DNA of 48,180 nucleotides from Minisyncoccota bacterium (GCA_030583765.1 CP129474.1:471168-519347); one strand, 5' to 3'. Positions 1-10,714 are shown, counted from the first letter of the stretch. Notes: a model not told the origin generated them from the letters alone. Numbers and translations are program-made.

Positions 1-1
1 T

Positions 2-934
2 ATGGATACGTTTGTAGACTCTTCGTGGTACTACCTTCGTTATACGGATCCGCACAATGCTAAGGAGTTTGCGAGTAAAGAGAAAATGGCACAGTGGCTT
101 CCGGTGCCCATATACCTTGGCGGGTCTGATCACAATACGATGCATCTTTTGTACTCTCGCTTCTTTGCTAAGGTGCTCTATGACCTCGGCTATATTGCGT
201 TTGAGGAGCCGTTCTTGAAGCGTGTAAATCGCGGATGGGTGCTTGGTCCTGATGGGCAGAAAATGTCAAAGTCTCGCGGCAACGTTATCGATCCCGATAA
301 AGAAGTAGCGCAATATGGCGCTGACACGGTGCGTATGTATCTTGCCTTTATGGCGCCCTACGAGCAGGGCGGTCCGTGGGATCCACGTGGTATTGTTGGA
401 GTGCATAGGCTGCTTTCGCGTATCTGGACGTTGTTTTCTCAAGAGCCAGCAGGCGAAGCATCTCCTGACGTAGAGCGCGCATTGCATGAGGCAACGCGGA
501 ATGTGAGTAGAGATGTTGAGCTCCTTTCTCTAAATACCTGTGTAAGTGAGTTCATGAAATTTATGAACGTAGTTGATGGCGCGAAGACAACGCTTACCGT
601 TGCACAACGAGAACACTTTGCTCGACTTCTCGCACCGTTCGCGCCGCACCTTGCTGAAGAAGTATGGCATGGTGCGTGTGGGCATAGCGAATCAGTACAC
701 CAAGAATCGTGGCCAGCGTTTGATGCGTCGCTGCTGGATTCGCAGCTGATTACCATCCCTGTTCAAATAAATGGCAAGGTGCGTGCGACTATCGAAGTTG
801 CTCCAGACGCTTCAGAAGAAGCATTGAAGGCGCTGGCGCTAGCGGCAGATGGTGTGGTGCGTGCGCTTGGCGGTGCGCAAGTACAGAAGGTCATTGTTAT
901 ACCGAAGCGCATGGTAAGTATTGTGGCACGTTGA
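2..934 (+). CDS. leuS: Leucyl-tRNA synthetase, C-terminal portion (5' end outside window)
   Basis: The ORF is open at the window start. It carries DTFVDSSWYYLRY and the KMSKS loop (QKMSKSRGN) of class I LeuRS, plus a C-terminal tRNA-binding region. Confidence 0.93.
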   Translation: MDTFVDSSWYYLRYTDPHNAKEFASKEKMAQWLPVPIYLGGSDHNTMHLLYSRFFAKVLYDLGYIAFEEPFLKRVNRGWVLGPDGQKMSKSRGNVIDPDKEVAQYGADTVRMYLAFMAPYEQGGPWDPRGIVGVHRLLSRIWTLFSQEPAGEASPDVERALHEATRNVSRDVELLSLNTCVSEFMKFMNVVDGAKTTLTVAQREHFARLLAPFAPHLAEEVWHGACGHSESVHQESWPAFDASLLDSQLITIPVQINGKVRATIEVAPDASEEALKALALAADGVVRALGGAQVQKVIVIPKRMVSIVAR

Positions 935-1039
935 CGCCAGCGGGCGAATCTCTATACTGGTGGGCGATAGCATGATGGTACGTGTTTGCGCGTGGGCATG
1001 ACATGACCGGCGCACGCATATTGCCATTCTTTTCTCTCT

Positions 1040-1351
1040 ATGGCGCAGGAAGCCGACCGTGATTTTGTAGCATATGTTGTGCAATCGATCGTGAGTAAGC
1101 CTGAAGAGGTGCGGGTTACTCGTACCGTTGATGAATTGGGGGTTTTGATTTCAGTCAAAGTGCACCGTGATGACATGGGCCTCCTTATCGGTCGCAGCGG
1201 CGCAACAGCGAAGGCAATCCGAACGCTTGCGCGGATTGTTGGTATGCGTCATGAAGCTCGTGTAAATTTGCGCATTGAAGAGCCAGATGGCGGGAAGATG
1301 GCCGGAGCCTCAAAAGACGTTGATGCGGTAGTGAGTGAGCTGGGCATGTAG
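1040..1351 (+). CDS. KH-domain RNA-binding protein (YlqC/UPF0109-like)
   Basis: 103 aa with a KH GXXG loop (LIGRSGATAKAIRTLARIV). It sits upstream of trmD, the usual rpsP-ylqC-rimM-trmD context. Confidence 0.8.
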   Translation: MAQEADRDFVAYVVQSIVSKPEEVRVTRTVDELGVLISVKVHRDDMGLLIGRSGATAKAIRTLARIVGMRHEARVNLRIEEPDGGKMAGASKDVDAVVSELGM

Positions 1352-1370
1352 GCATAGGGGATACAAACAG

Positions 1371-1397
1371 CGGCATCTTGCAAGATGCCGTTTTTTA
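1371..1397 (+). terminator. Rho-independent terminator after the KH-protein gene
   Basis: Perfect palindrome cggcatcttgcaagatgccg followed by tttttt. Confidence 0.7.
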
Positions 1398-1443
1398 TTG
1401 CATAATAAGACGTTCACTCCATGGGAGTGATGGGAGGCAGCAC

Positions 1444-1713
1444 ATGAGCATGAAGATGACTCGTGAGGAGCAAGAAATGCTCCGTCAGATGTTCGCGGAA
1501 GTTGCGACTGTCTTTCTCGAATGCGATGGGATTCGGGAAGGGGAGCCGGCCTCCGTATTCATTCCGGACGCCTCGTGCGTGAAGGTTTTCGTCCTCGAGG
1601 TGCTTCGCCAAGAGCTTGCTGAGGCGGGGCTCGAGGTGGAGGTCAAGGAGTGGCCATACGATGCGAGCCCAACGTTCCTCGAGATCTCCAAGGCGCCCAT
1701 GCTGGAGAACTAG
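1444..1713 (+). CDS. Hypothetical acidic protein (89 aa)
   Basis: ATG at 1444 lies 8 nt after a GGGAGG Shine-Dalgarno (SD) sequence. The ORF is GC-rich and Glu-rich, and I recognise no family. Confidence 0.5.
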   Translation: MSMKMTREEQEMLRQMFAEVATVFLECDGIREGEPASVFIPDASCVKVFVLEVLRQELAEAGLEVEVKEWPYDASPTFLEISKAPMLEN

Positions 1714-1714
1714 C

Positions 1715-1933
1715 ATGAATAAGCGCCGGCCACGCTGTAGACGGCGCCGAGAGGGCGGGGCAGAAAGCCTCGACGATCTGCTCCTGAGGAGCGTGGTGGC
1801 GGAGCTTCAAGCGGCTCTACAGCCGCCCCTCACTCTTGCCGACGCCGTGCGCCAGATGGTGTGGGAGGGCCGCCGGCGACCAAGAAAGACGCCACGGCCA
1901 CGACCCCATTACGGCGCTCGCCGTAGTAGATAA
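1715..1933 (+). CDS. Hypothetical Arg-rich basic protein (72 aa)
   Basis: ATG at 1715 lies 1 nt after the stop of the preceding ORF (TAGCATG). Both termini are highly basic (RRPRCRRRR, RRRPRKTPRPRP). The ORF is GC-rich. Confidence 0.4.
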   Translation: MNKRRPRCRRRREGGAESLDDLLLRSVVAELQAALQPPLTLADAVRQMVWEGRRRPRKTPRPRPHYGARRSR

Positions 1934-1984
1934 TTCCTTCGCGCCGTCTATCCCATGGGTGGGCGGCGCACTTCTTTATACGAT

Positions 1985-2686
1985 ATGCGTATTGATATTA
2001 TTACTATTTTCCCAGACCTTTTCTCAGGATTCCTTAGTGAATCCCTTTTAGCGAAGGCGCAAAAGCCTCGACGCGTGAAAGGGTCGGGGTCCCGATCGCA
2101 AGCATCGGGAAAGCCATTGTTAACTATACAGACTCACTATCTGCGTGACTGGACGCACGACCGACACCAAACTGTTGACGGCAAGCCCTATGGTGGTGGC
2201 CCCGGTCTTGTGATGAAAGTAGAGCCGATCTATGCGGCTGTTCAAGAACTATTGAAAAAGAAAATTACGAAGGTCGCGAAGCCAAAACGGAAGGTTATTC
2301 TCTTTAGCCCACGAGGAGAACAGTTCTCACAAAAGTATGCTCAAAAGTGGGCGAAGGTTGATCAGCTTATTCTCATTTGTGGACGCTACGAAGGCATCGA
2401 TGAGCGTATCGCTGACCACGTCGCGGACGCGGTTGTCTCTATTGGCCCCTATGTTTTGAACGGTGGGGAAGTCCCTGCGATGACGGTTATTGAGGCCGTG
2501 GCGCGTCTCCTTCCAGGCTTCATGCATGACCCCGAGAGCCAGACAAAAGAAGATCACGCACAGTACACAAAGCCTGAGATTTTTGAGCCCAAAAAGGGTA
2601 CGCGTTGGCGCGTGCCAAAAGTGCTGCTTTCCGGCAATCACGCTAAGGTCGCGGAGTGGCGAAAAAGGGGCAAAAAGAGCTCTTGA
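1985..2686 (+). CDS. trmD: tRNA (guanine37-N1)-methyltransferase
   Basis: MRIDIITIFPDLF, DGKPYGGGPGLVM and CGRYEGIDERI motifs. It has a ~15-aa basic/Ser-rich insertion after the first helix. Confidence 0.92.
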   Translation: MRIDIITIFPDLFSGFLSESLLAKAQKPRRVKGSGSRSQASGKPLLTIQTHYLRDWTHDRHQTVDGKPYGGGPGLVMKVEPIYAAVQELLKKKITKVAKPKRKVILFSPRGEQFSQKYAQKWAKVDQLILICGRYEGIDERIADHVADAVVSIGPYVLNGGEVPAMTVIEAVARLLPGFMHDPESQTKEDHAQYTKPEIFEPKKGTRWRVPKVLLSGNHAKVAEWRKRGKKSS

Positions 2687-2712
2687 CGGGCGCAATGCCA
2701 CTAGGGTATACT
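2683..2712 (+). promoter_or_regulatory. Candidate sigma70-type promoter of the 16S rRNA gene
   Basis: TTGACG (2683-2688), an 18-nt spacer, then TATACT (2707-2712). It overlaps the trmD stop codon. Confidence 0.55.
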
Positions 2713-2780
2713 GCTCGGGCCCCTGAACTATCTATTCAGGTGTTGCACTTTCCCAATTCATACTCGCACACCAGTCTATT

Positions 2781-4270
<1,490 letters not shown>

Positions 4271-4464
4271 TTCAAGCAATTCACTTCGGTGGGTTCGGGA
4301 TAGAAAACCAAAGGTGTCGATAGAGGGTATGCACAGTTTGTTTGTCGATAGACAGATTCTGTGCATGGTCTCTGCCGGGTCCGACGGCGAAATCGGAGAT
4401 CAATGACTGTCTGATCTGAATGTCAGTCATGACTGGTGGGCGAGTATGAATGGGGAAGGGAACT

Positions 4465-4503
4465 GAACACCCCGCGCACATGCGCGGGGTGTTCTTGTTT
4501 CTT
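4465..4503 (+). terminator. Rho-independent terminator about 200 nt downstream of 16S
   Basis: Arms gaacaccccgcgca and tgcgcggggtgttc form a 13-14 bp hairpin, followed by ttgtttctt. Confidence 0.65.
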
Positions 4504-4515
4504 GCCCATGGTACA

Positions 4516-4800
4516 ATGCAGGGGATGGCAGACTTCTCAGCTATAGCAGAGCGCATCCCGTGGGGGCTGTTGATAAGTGCGGGAGTGTTTACAGTGTTTT
4601 GGATTGGCGTGTTTGCACTCCTATACCACCTCATTCGCTTTGGCATTGGTGTTGCACCCAAAATTGCGTCACTGACGCTTTTTATTGGTGCGCTTTTGTT
4701 GTTTATGATTGCAATTGCAGCGCTACAGAATGTGCATCTTGCTATTGCCGCCGACGCGCTCACTCCCCGCTTCCCTCTTCCTGATATTCTTACACCATGA
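4516..4800 (+). CDS. Small integral membrane protein
   Basis: Hydrophobic ORF with about 3 predicted TM segments. I place the start at M23 (4516) or M26 (4525), because the annotated N-terminus overlaps the 16S terminator. It overlaps the next gene by 4 nt. Confidence 0.5.
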   Translation: MQGMADFSAIAERIPWGLLISAGVFTVFWIGVFALLYHLIRFGIGVAPKIASLTLFIGALLLFMIAIAALQNVHLAIAADALTPRFPLPDILTP

Positions 4801-5369
4801 AGACACTCGACGCACTCACCCATTCTGAAAATTCTTTTGAGGGCCAGAAGTCATATGAAGTGACGAAGATTGTATTGCGTCGGCATCCGTTTGTTCTGCT
4901 CGTTCGTTTTGTGGGGATGGCGTTCCTCGCGCTTGCGCCGCCGTTTCTGTGGGCGCTCTTGGGCGATCTTCTTACCACGCTGGGACTGCGATCGGTTGCC
5001 ATCGCCGCCGGTGCACTCTATGCGCTCGTTTGGTGGTACGGGTTATTCTACCGCATCACCATGTACTTGCTTGATGTATGGATCGTAACAGACCACCGCG
5101 TTATTGATAGCCAGCAATTCGGGCTCTTCCGTCGTACGCATGCCGAACTAAACCTCGGAAAGATCCAAGATATCTCCGTATCGGTAAAAGGTGGCATGCC
5201 AACCCTCTTAGATTACGGCGATGTAGAAATTCAGACAGCGGCGGCAGACAAGAAATTCCTTTTTGAACAAGTGCCTCATCCACATCACGTGAAAGACCTC
5301 ATCATGAAAGCGCATACGCGGTATGTTGCGGATCACCCGCACGGCAAAGAGACGCATATGGAAGTGTAA
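4797..5369 (+). CDS. Membrane protein with bacterial PH (YdbS/YdbT-like, DUF304) domain
   Basis: Two N-terminal TM helices are followed by VIDSQQFGLFRRTHAELNLGKIQDISV...GDVEIQTA, typical of bPH_2 domains. Confidence 0.55.
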   Translation: MKTLDALTHSENSFEGQKSYEVTKIVLRRHPFVLLVRFVGMAFLALAPPFLWALLGDLLTTLGLRSVAIAAGALYALVWWYGLFYRITMYLLDVWIVTDHRVIDSQQFGLFRRTHAELNLGKIQDISVSVKGGMPTLLDYGDVEIQTAAADKKFLFEQVPHPHHVKDLIMKAHTRYVADHPHGKETHMEV

Positions 5370-5392
5370 GTGCTAGCCACTGCGCGAGCATA

Positions 5393-5421
5393 TTGACGCC
5401 GCTGTCGTATGGGCGTACCAT
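5393..5421 (+). promoter_or_regulatory. Candidate promoter of paralog cassette 1
   Basis: TTGACG, a 17-nt spacer, then TACCAT. The same arrangement recurs at 5916-5944. Confidence 0.55.
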
Positions 5422-5450
5422 CCCGCCAGTCCTTTTAAGGAGCAATAGAC

Positions 5451-5864
5451 ATGGCGAAGGCATGGTTGGTCCAGTTTACGTTCGAAGAAGAAAGCTTCGA
5501 CCAGTGCAAGGGTCGACGTACGCACATCGAAATGATGACCGGGCTGGAGATCGAACTTCTCGACGGTTCCCGCGTGATCTTAGCAGGTCGCGCTCAGGAT
5601 GTGGGCCAGCCCGGATACATGTTCCTGATGCGCGGGGATGAGATCGAAGCTCTCGAAGATCCTAACCTTCGCCCAAAGGTGGAGCGTATCCTCGCTGGGA
5701 AGTGCGAAGTACTGTGGAAGTGTCGCGATTTCTCAGACGATGCAGCTATCTGTTTGGCCGCTCGCATGAGGGACAGGCGACGCTTTCTTGACTCCAAGCT
5801 TACTGCGCTTCGAGTCTTGGACGAGGAGCGGGAGGAATATCTTCGCGGCGACGTACCGTTCTAG
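5451..5864 (+). CDS. Hypothetical protein, paralog 1 of a tandem pair (137 aa)
   Basis: SD sequence aaggag, then ATG. The protein MAKAWLVQFTFEEESFDQCKG... aligns along its length with ORF 5974-6411. Confidence 0.7.
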   Translation: MAKAWLVQFTFEEESFDQCKGRRTHIEMMTGLEIELLDGSRVILAGRAQDVGQPGYMFLMRGDEIEALEDPNLRPKVERILAGKCEVLWKCRDFSDDAAICLAARMRDRRRFLDSKLTALRVLDEEREEYLRGDVPF

Positions 5865-5878
5865 CGCTCTGTGCAAAA

Positions 5879-5908
5879 GGGCACCCCACCGAGGTGCCCT
5901 TTTTCTTT
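5879..5908 (+). terminator. Rho-independent terminator of cassette 1
   Basis: gggcacc-ccaccga-ggtgccc followed by tttttcttt. It is identical to the hairpin at 6427-6447. Confidence 0.75.
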
Positions 5909-5915
5909 AGGGATC

Positions 5916-5944
5916 TTGACGCCCTCGCACCAGAGGCGTACCAT
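5916..5944 (+). promoter_or_regulatory. Candidate promoter of paralog cassette 2
   Basis: TTGACG, a 17-nt spacer, then TACCAT. A 48-nt leader follows that is identical to the leader upstream of 5451. Confidence 0.55.
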
Positions 5945-5973
5945 CCCGCCAGTCCTTTTAAGGAGCAATAGAC

Positions 5974-6411
5974 ATGGCGAAGACGAGGTTGGTTCGGTTC
6001 GAGTACGAAGCTAGTAGCTACGACCCGTGCAAGGGCACCACCAGGTACATGCAGAAGGTGCTTGCCCTTGAGATCGATCTCCCCAATAACCATCGTTTGG
6101 TTTTCGCGGGGTATGATCAGGATCTTAGCAGTCTCGGCTACCTGTTCTTGATGTGTGAAGAAGGTCTTGCTGCAGTTGAATGTCCCGCACTAAGAATTGA
6201 TATCCATCGCATGCTCGCTGGAACGCGCACGGTTCTTCAGGAGGGTCCCGAGTTTTCTGATGATGCTGCACAGCGCATCGTCGCTCGCATGGAGGGCGAG
6301 ATGGCGTTCCACAATGCAAAGGAGGGCGGAATCTTCGCCCTTCAAAGTGAGCGCGAGCGATATTCGGAGCGCTTGCGTTCCGAGCGCACCAAGGACAGCC
6401 TGCGCCTCTAG
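5974..6411 (+). CDS. Hypothetical protein, paralog 2 of a tandem pair (145 aa)
   Basis: MAKTRLVRFEYEASSYDPCKG... shares CKG, GY.FLM, LAG and FSDDAA blocks with ORF 5451-5864. Confidence 0.7.
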   Translation: MAKTRLVRFEYEASSYDPCKGTTRYMQKVLALEIDLPNNHRLVFAGYDQDLSSLGYLFLMCEEGLAAVECPALRIDIHRMLAGTRTVLQEGPEFSDDAAQRIVARMEGEMAFHNAKEGGIFALQSERERYSERLRSERTKDSLRL

Positions 6412-6426
6412 CCGGTCTCGCAAAAA

Positions 6427-6457
6427 GGGCACCCCACCGAGGTGCCCTTTTTCTTTT
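6427..6457. terminator. Terminator of cassette 2, probably bidirectional with the convergent SIMPL gene
   Basis: gggcacc-ccaccga-ggtgccc is flanked by an A-run upstream and a T-run downstream. Confidence 0.7.
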
Positions 6458-6470
6458 CTAACACTACCAG

Positions 6471-7211
6471 CTACTTGATTTGATACGTGATCTGAACGTT
6501 TACGGAGATTTCATTCTCTCCGCCCGGGATTGCTGGACCACCACCACCCATGCCGTAGGCACGTTCCGACATAGCATCTTTATACATCGGCACTGGCATT
6601 CCAGCACCGCTTTCAGAGAAGTTCACGATGCGACCGAGTTTTACGCCAAGCTGGCGTTCCAGTGCGCGAGCTTTCTCTTTTGCATCCGCGATTGCTTCAT
6701 CACGCGCGTCAGCGAGAAGCTCTTCAGAATCATCTACGGTCAGTTGGAAGTTGTTGATCTGGTTTGCGCCAGCAGAAACAACGCCATCAAGAATGGTATC
6801 AACCGCATCAAGGTTGCGGACGCGGACCTGAATCATTTGGTTGACCTGGTATCCAGTGATGCGAGCCTTCTCATACTGGGGATATGTGTACTGCGGGTAG
6901 ATGTTATATCCCGTTGTCTTAATGTCTTTGTCTTCGATGCCTTCCTTTTTCAGGAACTCAACGAGACGCTTCGAGCGATTCGAGTTCTCATTCTGTGCCG
7001 CCTTTGACGTCTCTGCTTCCGTAAGAATAGAGAGATCAAGGAGTGCGATGTCTGGTTTGGCGACTACCTTGCCTTGGCCAGAGAACGAAATAGTGTTTGT
7101 GGTTGCTGCGGTGTTGGCTGCCTGATTGGTGCTTACCAAAAGGAACAGCGTGAGCGCCACAAGAACTGCCGAACCGAGCCAGAACAAGATGTTCTTTTGC
7201 TTTGGATCCAT
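6471..7211 (-). CDS. SIMPL/DUF541 family periplasmic protein
   Basis: N-terminal TM/signal segment, then GKVVAKPDIALLDLSI...YNIYPQY...YQVNQMIQVRV, typical of SIMPL (26-kDa periplasmic immunogenic protein) domains. Start taken at MDPKQK. Confidence 0.75.
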   Translation of the reverse strand: MDPKQKNILFWLGSAVLVALTLFLLVSTNQAANTAATTNTISFSGQGKVVAKPDIALLDLSILTEAETSKAAQNENSNRSKRLVEFLKKEGIEDKDIKTTGYNIYPQYTYPQYEKARITGYQVNQMIQVRVRNLDAVDTILDGVVSAGANQINNFQLTVDDSEELLADARDEAIADAKEKARALERQLGVKLGRIVNFSESGAGMPVPMYKDAMSERAYGMGGGGPAIPGGENEISVNVQITYQIK

Positions 7212-7297
7212 AGTGTGTGCGCACAACGCGGGTCTGGCGTCAGGAGCTCTGCCGCTCGTCCCTAGCGTTCAGTGCACGGGCAGTATACCATAGTTCC

Positions 7298-9049
7298 ATG
7301 GACTTGGTGAGGCGCTATGCTGTGCAGCTCAAAATACACTGGAGGCTCGTCTTTTCGCTCGCTCTGGCCGCGCTTTTGTGCTGGGTGCATATTGTCATTA
7401 TTCTTGATACGTTTGTTATCGATGACTCGGGCGCAATGCGCACCACGTATTCGGGATACGGTGATATCCCGCTCCATTTGACGCAAGTTTCTCGCTTCGC
7501 CTTTGGACAATGGGGAGATCTTGAAGAGCCTATTTTTGCGGGAACACGCATTGCGTATCCTTTCGGAATTAATGCTGTGAGCGGTCTTTTGTTGCGCGTA
7601 ACGGGGGCGTGGCACTTTTCTTTTCTCATGCCGATCGTGATCTGCGTGCTTTTGGCGCATGCGCTTTTGTTTGCTGTAGGGCGCATGGTGACTGGTAGTG
7701 TGTTGTGGGCACCGGCCCTAACCATACTGGTGCTTCTTGGTGGTGGGTGGGGCGGATGGTCGGTAGCGCGGGACGCTATCCAAAACGAATTTTCGTGGAG
7801 CGAATTTAAACAGCATCTTATCGAAAACAACATCTCGACGGTTAACCGCTGGGATGCGCAGTGGCCAGAACAAAATATCGCCTTTGGGGCGCCGCTGGGC
7901 TTAGTATTGGTGCACCAGCGGACATTCTTTCCCGGGCTCGTAGGTGTTTTATTGATGTGTGTCTTGCTGTGGGAGGGCGCTGCGCGTCATTCGCGTGCTC
8001 TTATGTATGCGGGGGGTATTGTTCTCGGCATACTTCCCATGTTTCATACACACTCATTTGTCGCTGGTGGTTTGGCGCTTGTCTCGGTGACACTTTGGGG
8101 GATGTTTCGTGGCATGTGGTGGTGGCGAGCATTTCTAAAAGTAGGGGTGCTTGCACTCGTGCTTGCTATACCACAGTTGTGGTTTCTCATGAGCGGAAAG
8201 CCACTTGGGAGCGATGGGGCATTTTCAGCAATGCGCCTCGGATGGATGGTCGAGCCTACTATTGGTAGTTTTAAGCCAGAGCCGGGGCACGCGCCTAGTG
8301 TGTTTTCAATGGCATATCTCCATTTTTTATGGACGAACTTGGGCGTTCCGTTTCTCGCGCTTATCTCTCTGTCCGTGGCCTATCTACTACGCAGTGTTCG
8401 CGCGCGTTTTCCGTATGCGGGCATTTTGGTTGTAACTGCCTGGGTTTTCTTTGTCGTTGCGCAGACAATTCGTTTCCAGCCTTGGGATTATGACAACAAT
8501 AAAATTCTTGTATATATGCAACTTGCAATCATGTGCGGAATTTTATACGTGGGTGCGCGCATGAAGTTGCGCGCACTTGCAGGCATTGGGGCTGTGCTTT
8601 TCGTAGGGGCTTCTGTGTTTTCTGGGGTCATTGATGTCATTCCGCGCCTGAGTATGCCCGCAGAGCGTCTCCCCGTTATCTTTGATGCTCATGCACAAAA
8701 CATTGCCACCTTCATTCGAGAGGCGTTGCCACGTGAGCCCATTATTGCATCGACGACTCATACAAACCCGATACCCGCACTCACGGGCAAGTCTGTATTT
8801 GTTGGATACCCTGGCTGGCTGTGGACGCGTAGCCTTCCGTATGGTTACCGTGAATCGTTGGTGCGAAACTTTTTCTATGATCCGGTTAGAGGCGCACCGC
8901 AGCTCGATGCACAATACCCAGCGAGATATGTGCTTGTGGATGATGCGGCGCGTAATGATTTTGGTGCGCGCGATGACGTATTCCAAAAGGCATTTCGACT
9001 CATTGTGCAAAGCGGGCAGTATTCGCTCTATGAGCGCGTGAGACCATGA
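7298..9049 (+). CDS. Large polytopic membrane protein, possibly a GT-C-type glycosyltransferase
   Basis: More than 10 hydrophobic segments, an acidic first loop (FVIDDSG) and a soluble C-terminal domain. The family assignment is tentative. Confidence 0.6.
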   Translation: MDLVRRYAVQLKIHWRLVFSLALAALLCWVHIVIILDTFVIDDSGAMRTTYSGYGDIPLHLTQVSRFAFGQWGDLEEPIFAGTRIAYPFGINAVSGLLLRVTGAWHFSFLMPIVICVLLAHALLFAVGRMVTGSVLWAPALTILVLLGGGWGGWSVARDAIQNEFSWSEFKQHLIENNISTVNRWDAQWPEQNIAFGAPLGLVLVHQRTFFPGLVGVLLMCVLLWEGAARHSRALMYAGGIVLGILPMFHTHSFVAGGLALVSVTLWGMFRGMWWWRAFLKVGVLALVLAIPQLWFLMSGKPLGSDGAFSAMRLGWMVEPTIGSFKPEPGHAPSVFSMAYLHFLWTNLGVPFLALISLSVAYLLRSVRARFPYAGILVVTAWVFFVVAQTIRFQPWDYDNNKILVYMQLAIMCGILYVGARMKLRALAGIGAVLFVGASVFSGVIDVIPRLSMPAERLPVIFDAHAQNIATFIREALPREPIIASTTHTNPIPALTGKSVFVGYPGWLWTRSLPYGYRESLVRNFFYDPVRGAPQLDAQYPARYVLVDDAARNDFGARDDVFQKAFRLIVQSGQYSLYERVRP

Positions 9050-9672
9050 TAACTCCCACCACAGAGCGGGAACTAATACTATGCGCCTCTGGTTACGAGC
9101 GTGTTATTGGTGTTGATGAGGTGGGGAGAGGTTGTCTCGCGGGGCCCGTCGTAGTGTGCGCTTTTTCGTGCTCCGCAGAATCTCTCGCCTCTCCATTGGC
9201 GGGGGTCCGTGATTCTAAGCTGCTCTCGCCTCGTCAACGCACCCGCATTGCCGAAGAACTTCGAAAGCTTCCCGGAGTATCCATTGCTATTGTAGAGGAA
9301 AGCTCGGCTACAATTGATCGCGTGAATATTCTTCGCGCAACTGACATGGCGATGCGCGGTGCAGTGGTATCGGTACTCACGTCCCACAAGAGCATGGTGC
9401 TTCTTGATGGTAGCCATACCGTTCCAGATCTGCCGTGTGCTCAGGAGGCAATTGTCGGAGGGGATAGGAACGTCTATGCGATTGCGTGTGCTTCTATTCT
9501 TGCGAAAGTATTTCGTGATGAGCTTATGGAGCGCATGGCGAAAAAATGGCCTGAGTATGGATTTGAAGCTCACAAAGGATACGGTACTTCAGCACATCTC
9601 GCTGCTTTAAAAAAGCATGGCCCTTGTCATATACACAGACGTACGTTCGCGGGAGTGAGAGAGCTGGTATAG
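9046..9672 (+). CDS. rnhB: Ribonuclease HII
   Basis: GVDEVGRGCLAGPVV and DSKLLS motifs. ATGA start/stop overlap with the upstream gene. Confidence 0.9.
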   Translation: MITPTTERELILCASGYERVIGVDEVGRGCLAGPVVVCAFSCSAESLASPLAGVRDSKLLSPRQRTRIAEELRKLPGVSIAIVEESSATIDRVNILRATDMAMRGAVVSVLTSHKSMVLLDGSHTVPDLPCAQEAIVGGDRNVYAIACASILAKVFRDELMERMAKKWPEYGFEAHKGYGTSAHLAALKKHGPCHIHRRTFAGVRELV

Positions 9673-9679
9673 TGAAGGC

Positions 9680-10714
9680 ATGGCAACCGTCGCAATTAAC
9701 GGATTTGGTCGTATTGGCCGAGCATTTTTTAAGCTTGCACGTCTTCATCGCGAGCTTAACATCGTGGCGATCAATGATCTTGGAGACCCAGAGGCGCTCG
9801 CATATCTTTTGCGGTACGACTCTACCTATGGACGCTTTGATAAGCCGGTATCGGTTCAGAAAAGTGGTTCACAAACATTTTTAATCGTTGATGACGTAGC
9901 CTATCAGCTTATTTGTGAAAAAGACCCAGCAAAACTTCCTTGGGACGACATGGGCGTTGACCTTGTCGTCGAGGCAACCGGAATTTTTGAGAGCTACGAA
10001 AAAGCAAAAGTACACATTGATGCCGGAGCTCAGCGCGTTGTACTTACTGCGCCTGCGAAGGACGCAGATTCAGAGAGTGCGCGCACGGTGCTTATGGGTA
10101 TCAACGCAGATGCGCTCCAAACATGCACCATTTCCTCTAATGGTTCATGTACTACAAATTCTGCAGCCCCCATCATTCGCATTCTTCAGGATGGCATAGG
10201 AATCCAGAAGGCATTTCTTTCTACGGTGCATGGATACACTGCGACACAGAGTCTGATTGACGGCCCTGTGAAGGGTGGCGATGTGCGTCGTGGGCGAGCG
10301 GCGGCAGTGAATATCGTACCTTCAAGCACAGGGGCGGCCATTGCGGTGACGCGCGCAGTGCCAGAGCTGGTAGATCGCTTTGATGGCGTGGCTATGCGCG
10401 TGCCAACTATTACCGGGTCTCTTTCAAGTATTACGTTTCTCGCAAAGCGTAAAACAAGCGTTGAGGAAATTAACGAGCTTCTTAGCGCGGCTGCGAAGCG
10501 TGATGAGTGGAAGGGTATATTCCGCGTGAATGCGGACCCGATTGTATCGACTGACATTGTTGGCGATCCTCATGCGGCTATCGCAGACCTCACGCTTACC
10601 AACGTAGTTGATGGAGACCTATGCACTGTGTACTCGTGGTATGACAATGAGTTTGGCTACACGAACGCGCTCGTGGAGCACGTTCGCGCAGTCGCTGCTC
10701 TTATTTCTCAATAA
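9680..10714 (+). CDS. gap: Glyceraldehyde-3-phosphate dehydrogenase, type I
   Basis: INGFGRIGR Rossmann motif, catalytic SCTTN, and WYDNEFGY near the C-terminus. Confidence 0.93.
   Translation: MATVAINGFGRIGRAFFKLARLHRELNIVAINDLGDPEALAYLLRYDSTYGRFDKPVSVQKSGSQTFLIVDDVAYQLICEKDPAKLPWDDMGVDLVVEATGIFESYEKAKVHIDAGAQRVVLTAPAKDADSESARTVLMGINADALQTCTISSNGSCTTNSAAPIIRILQDGIGIQKAFLSTVHGYTATQSLIDGPVKGGDVRRGRAAAVNIVPSSTGAAIAVTRAVPELVDRFDGVAMRVPTITGSLSSITFLAKRKTSVEEINELLSAAAKRDEWKGIFRVNADPIVSTDIVGDPHAAIADLTLTNVVDGDLCTVYSWYDNEFGYTNALVEHVRAVAALISQ

Noticed and set aside
4281-4823. 180-aa minus-strand ORF
   Set aside because: It covers the 16S trailer/processing stem and terminator and is antisense to the hydrophobic + strand ORF. 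It has no start signals or family resemblance.
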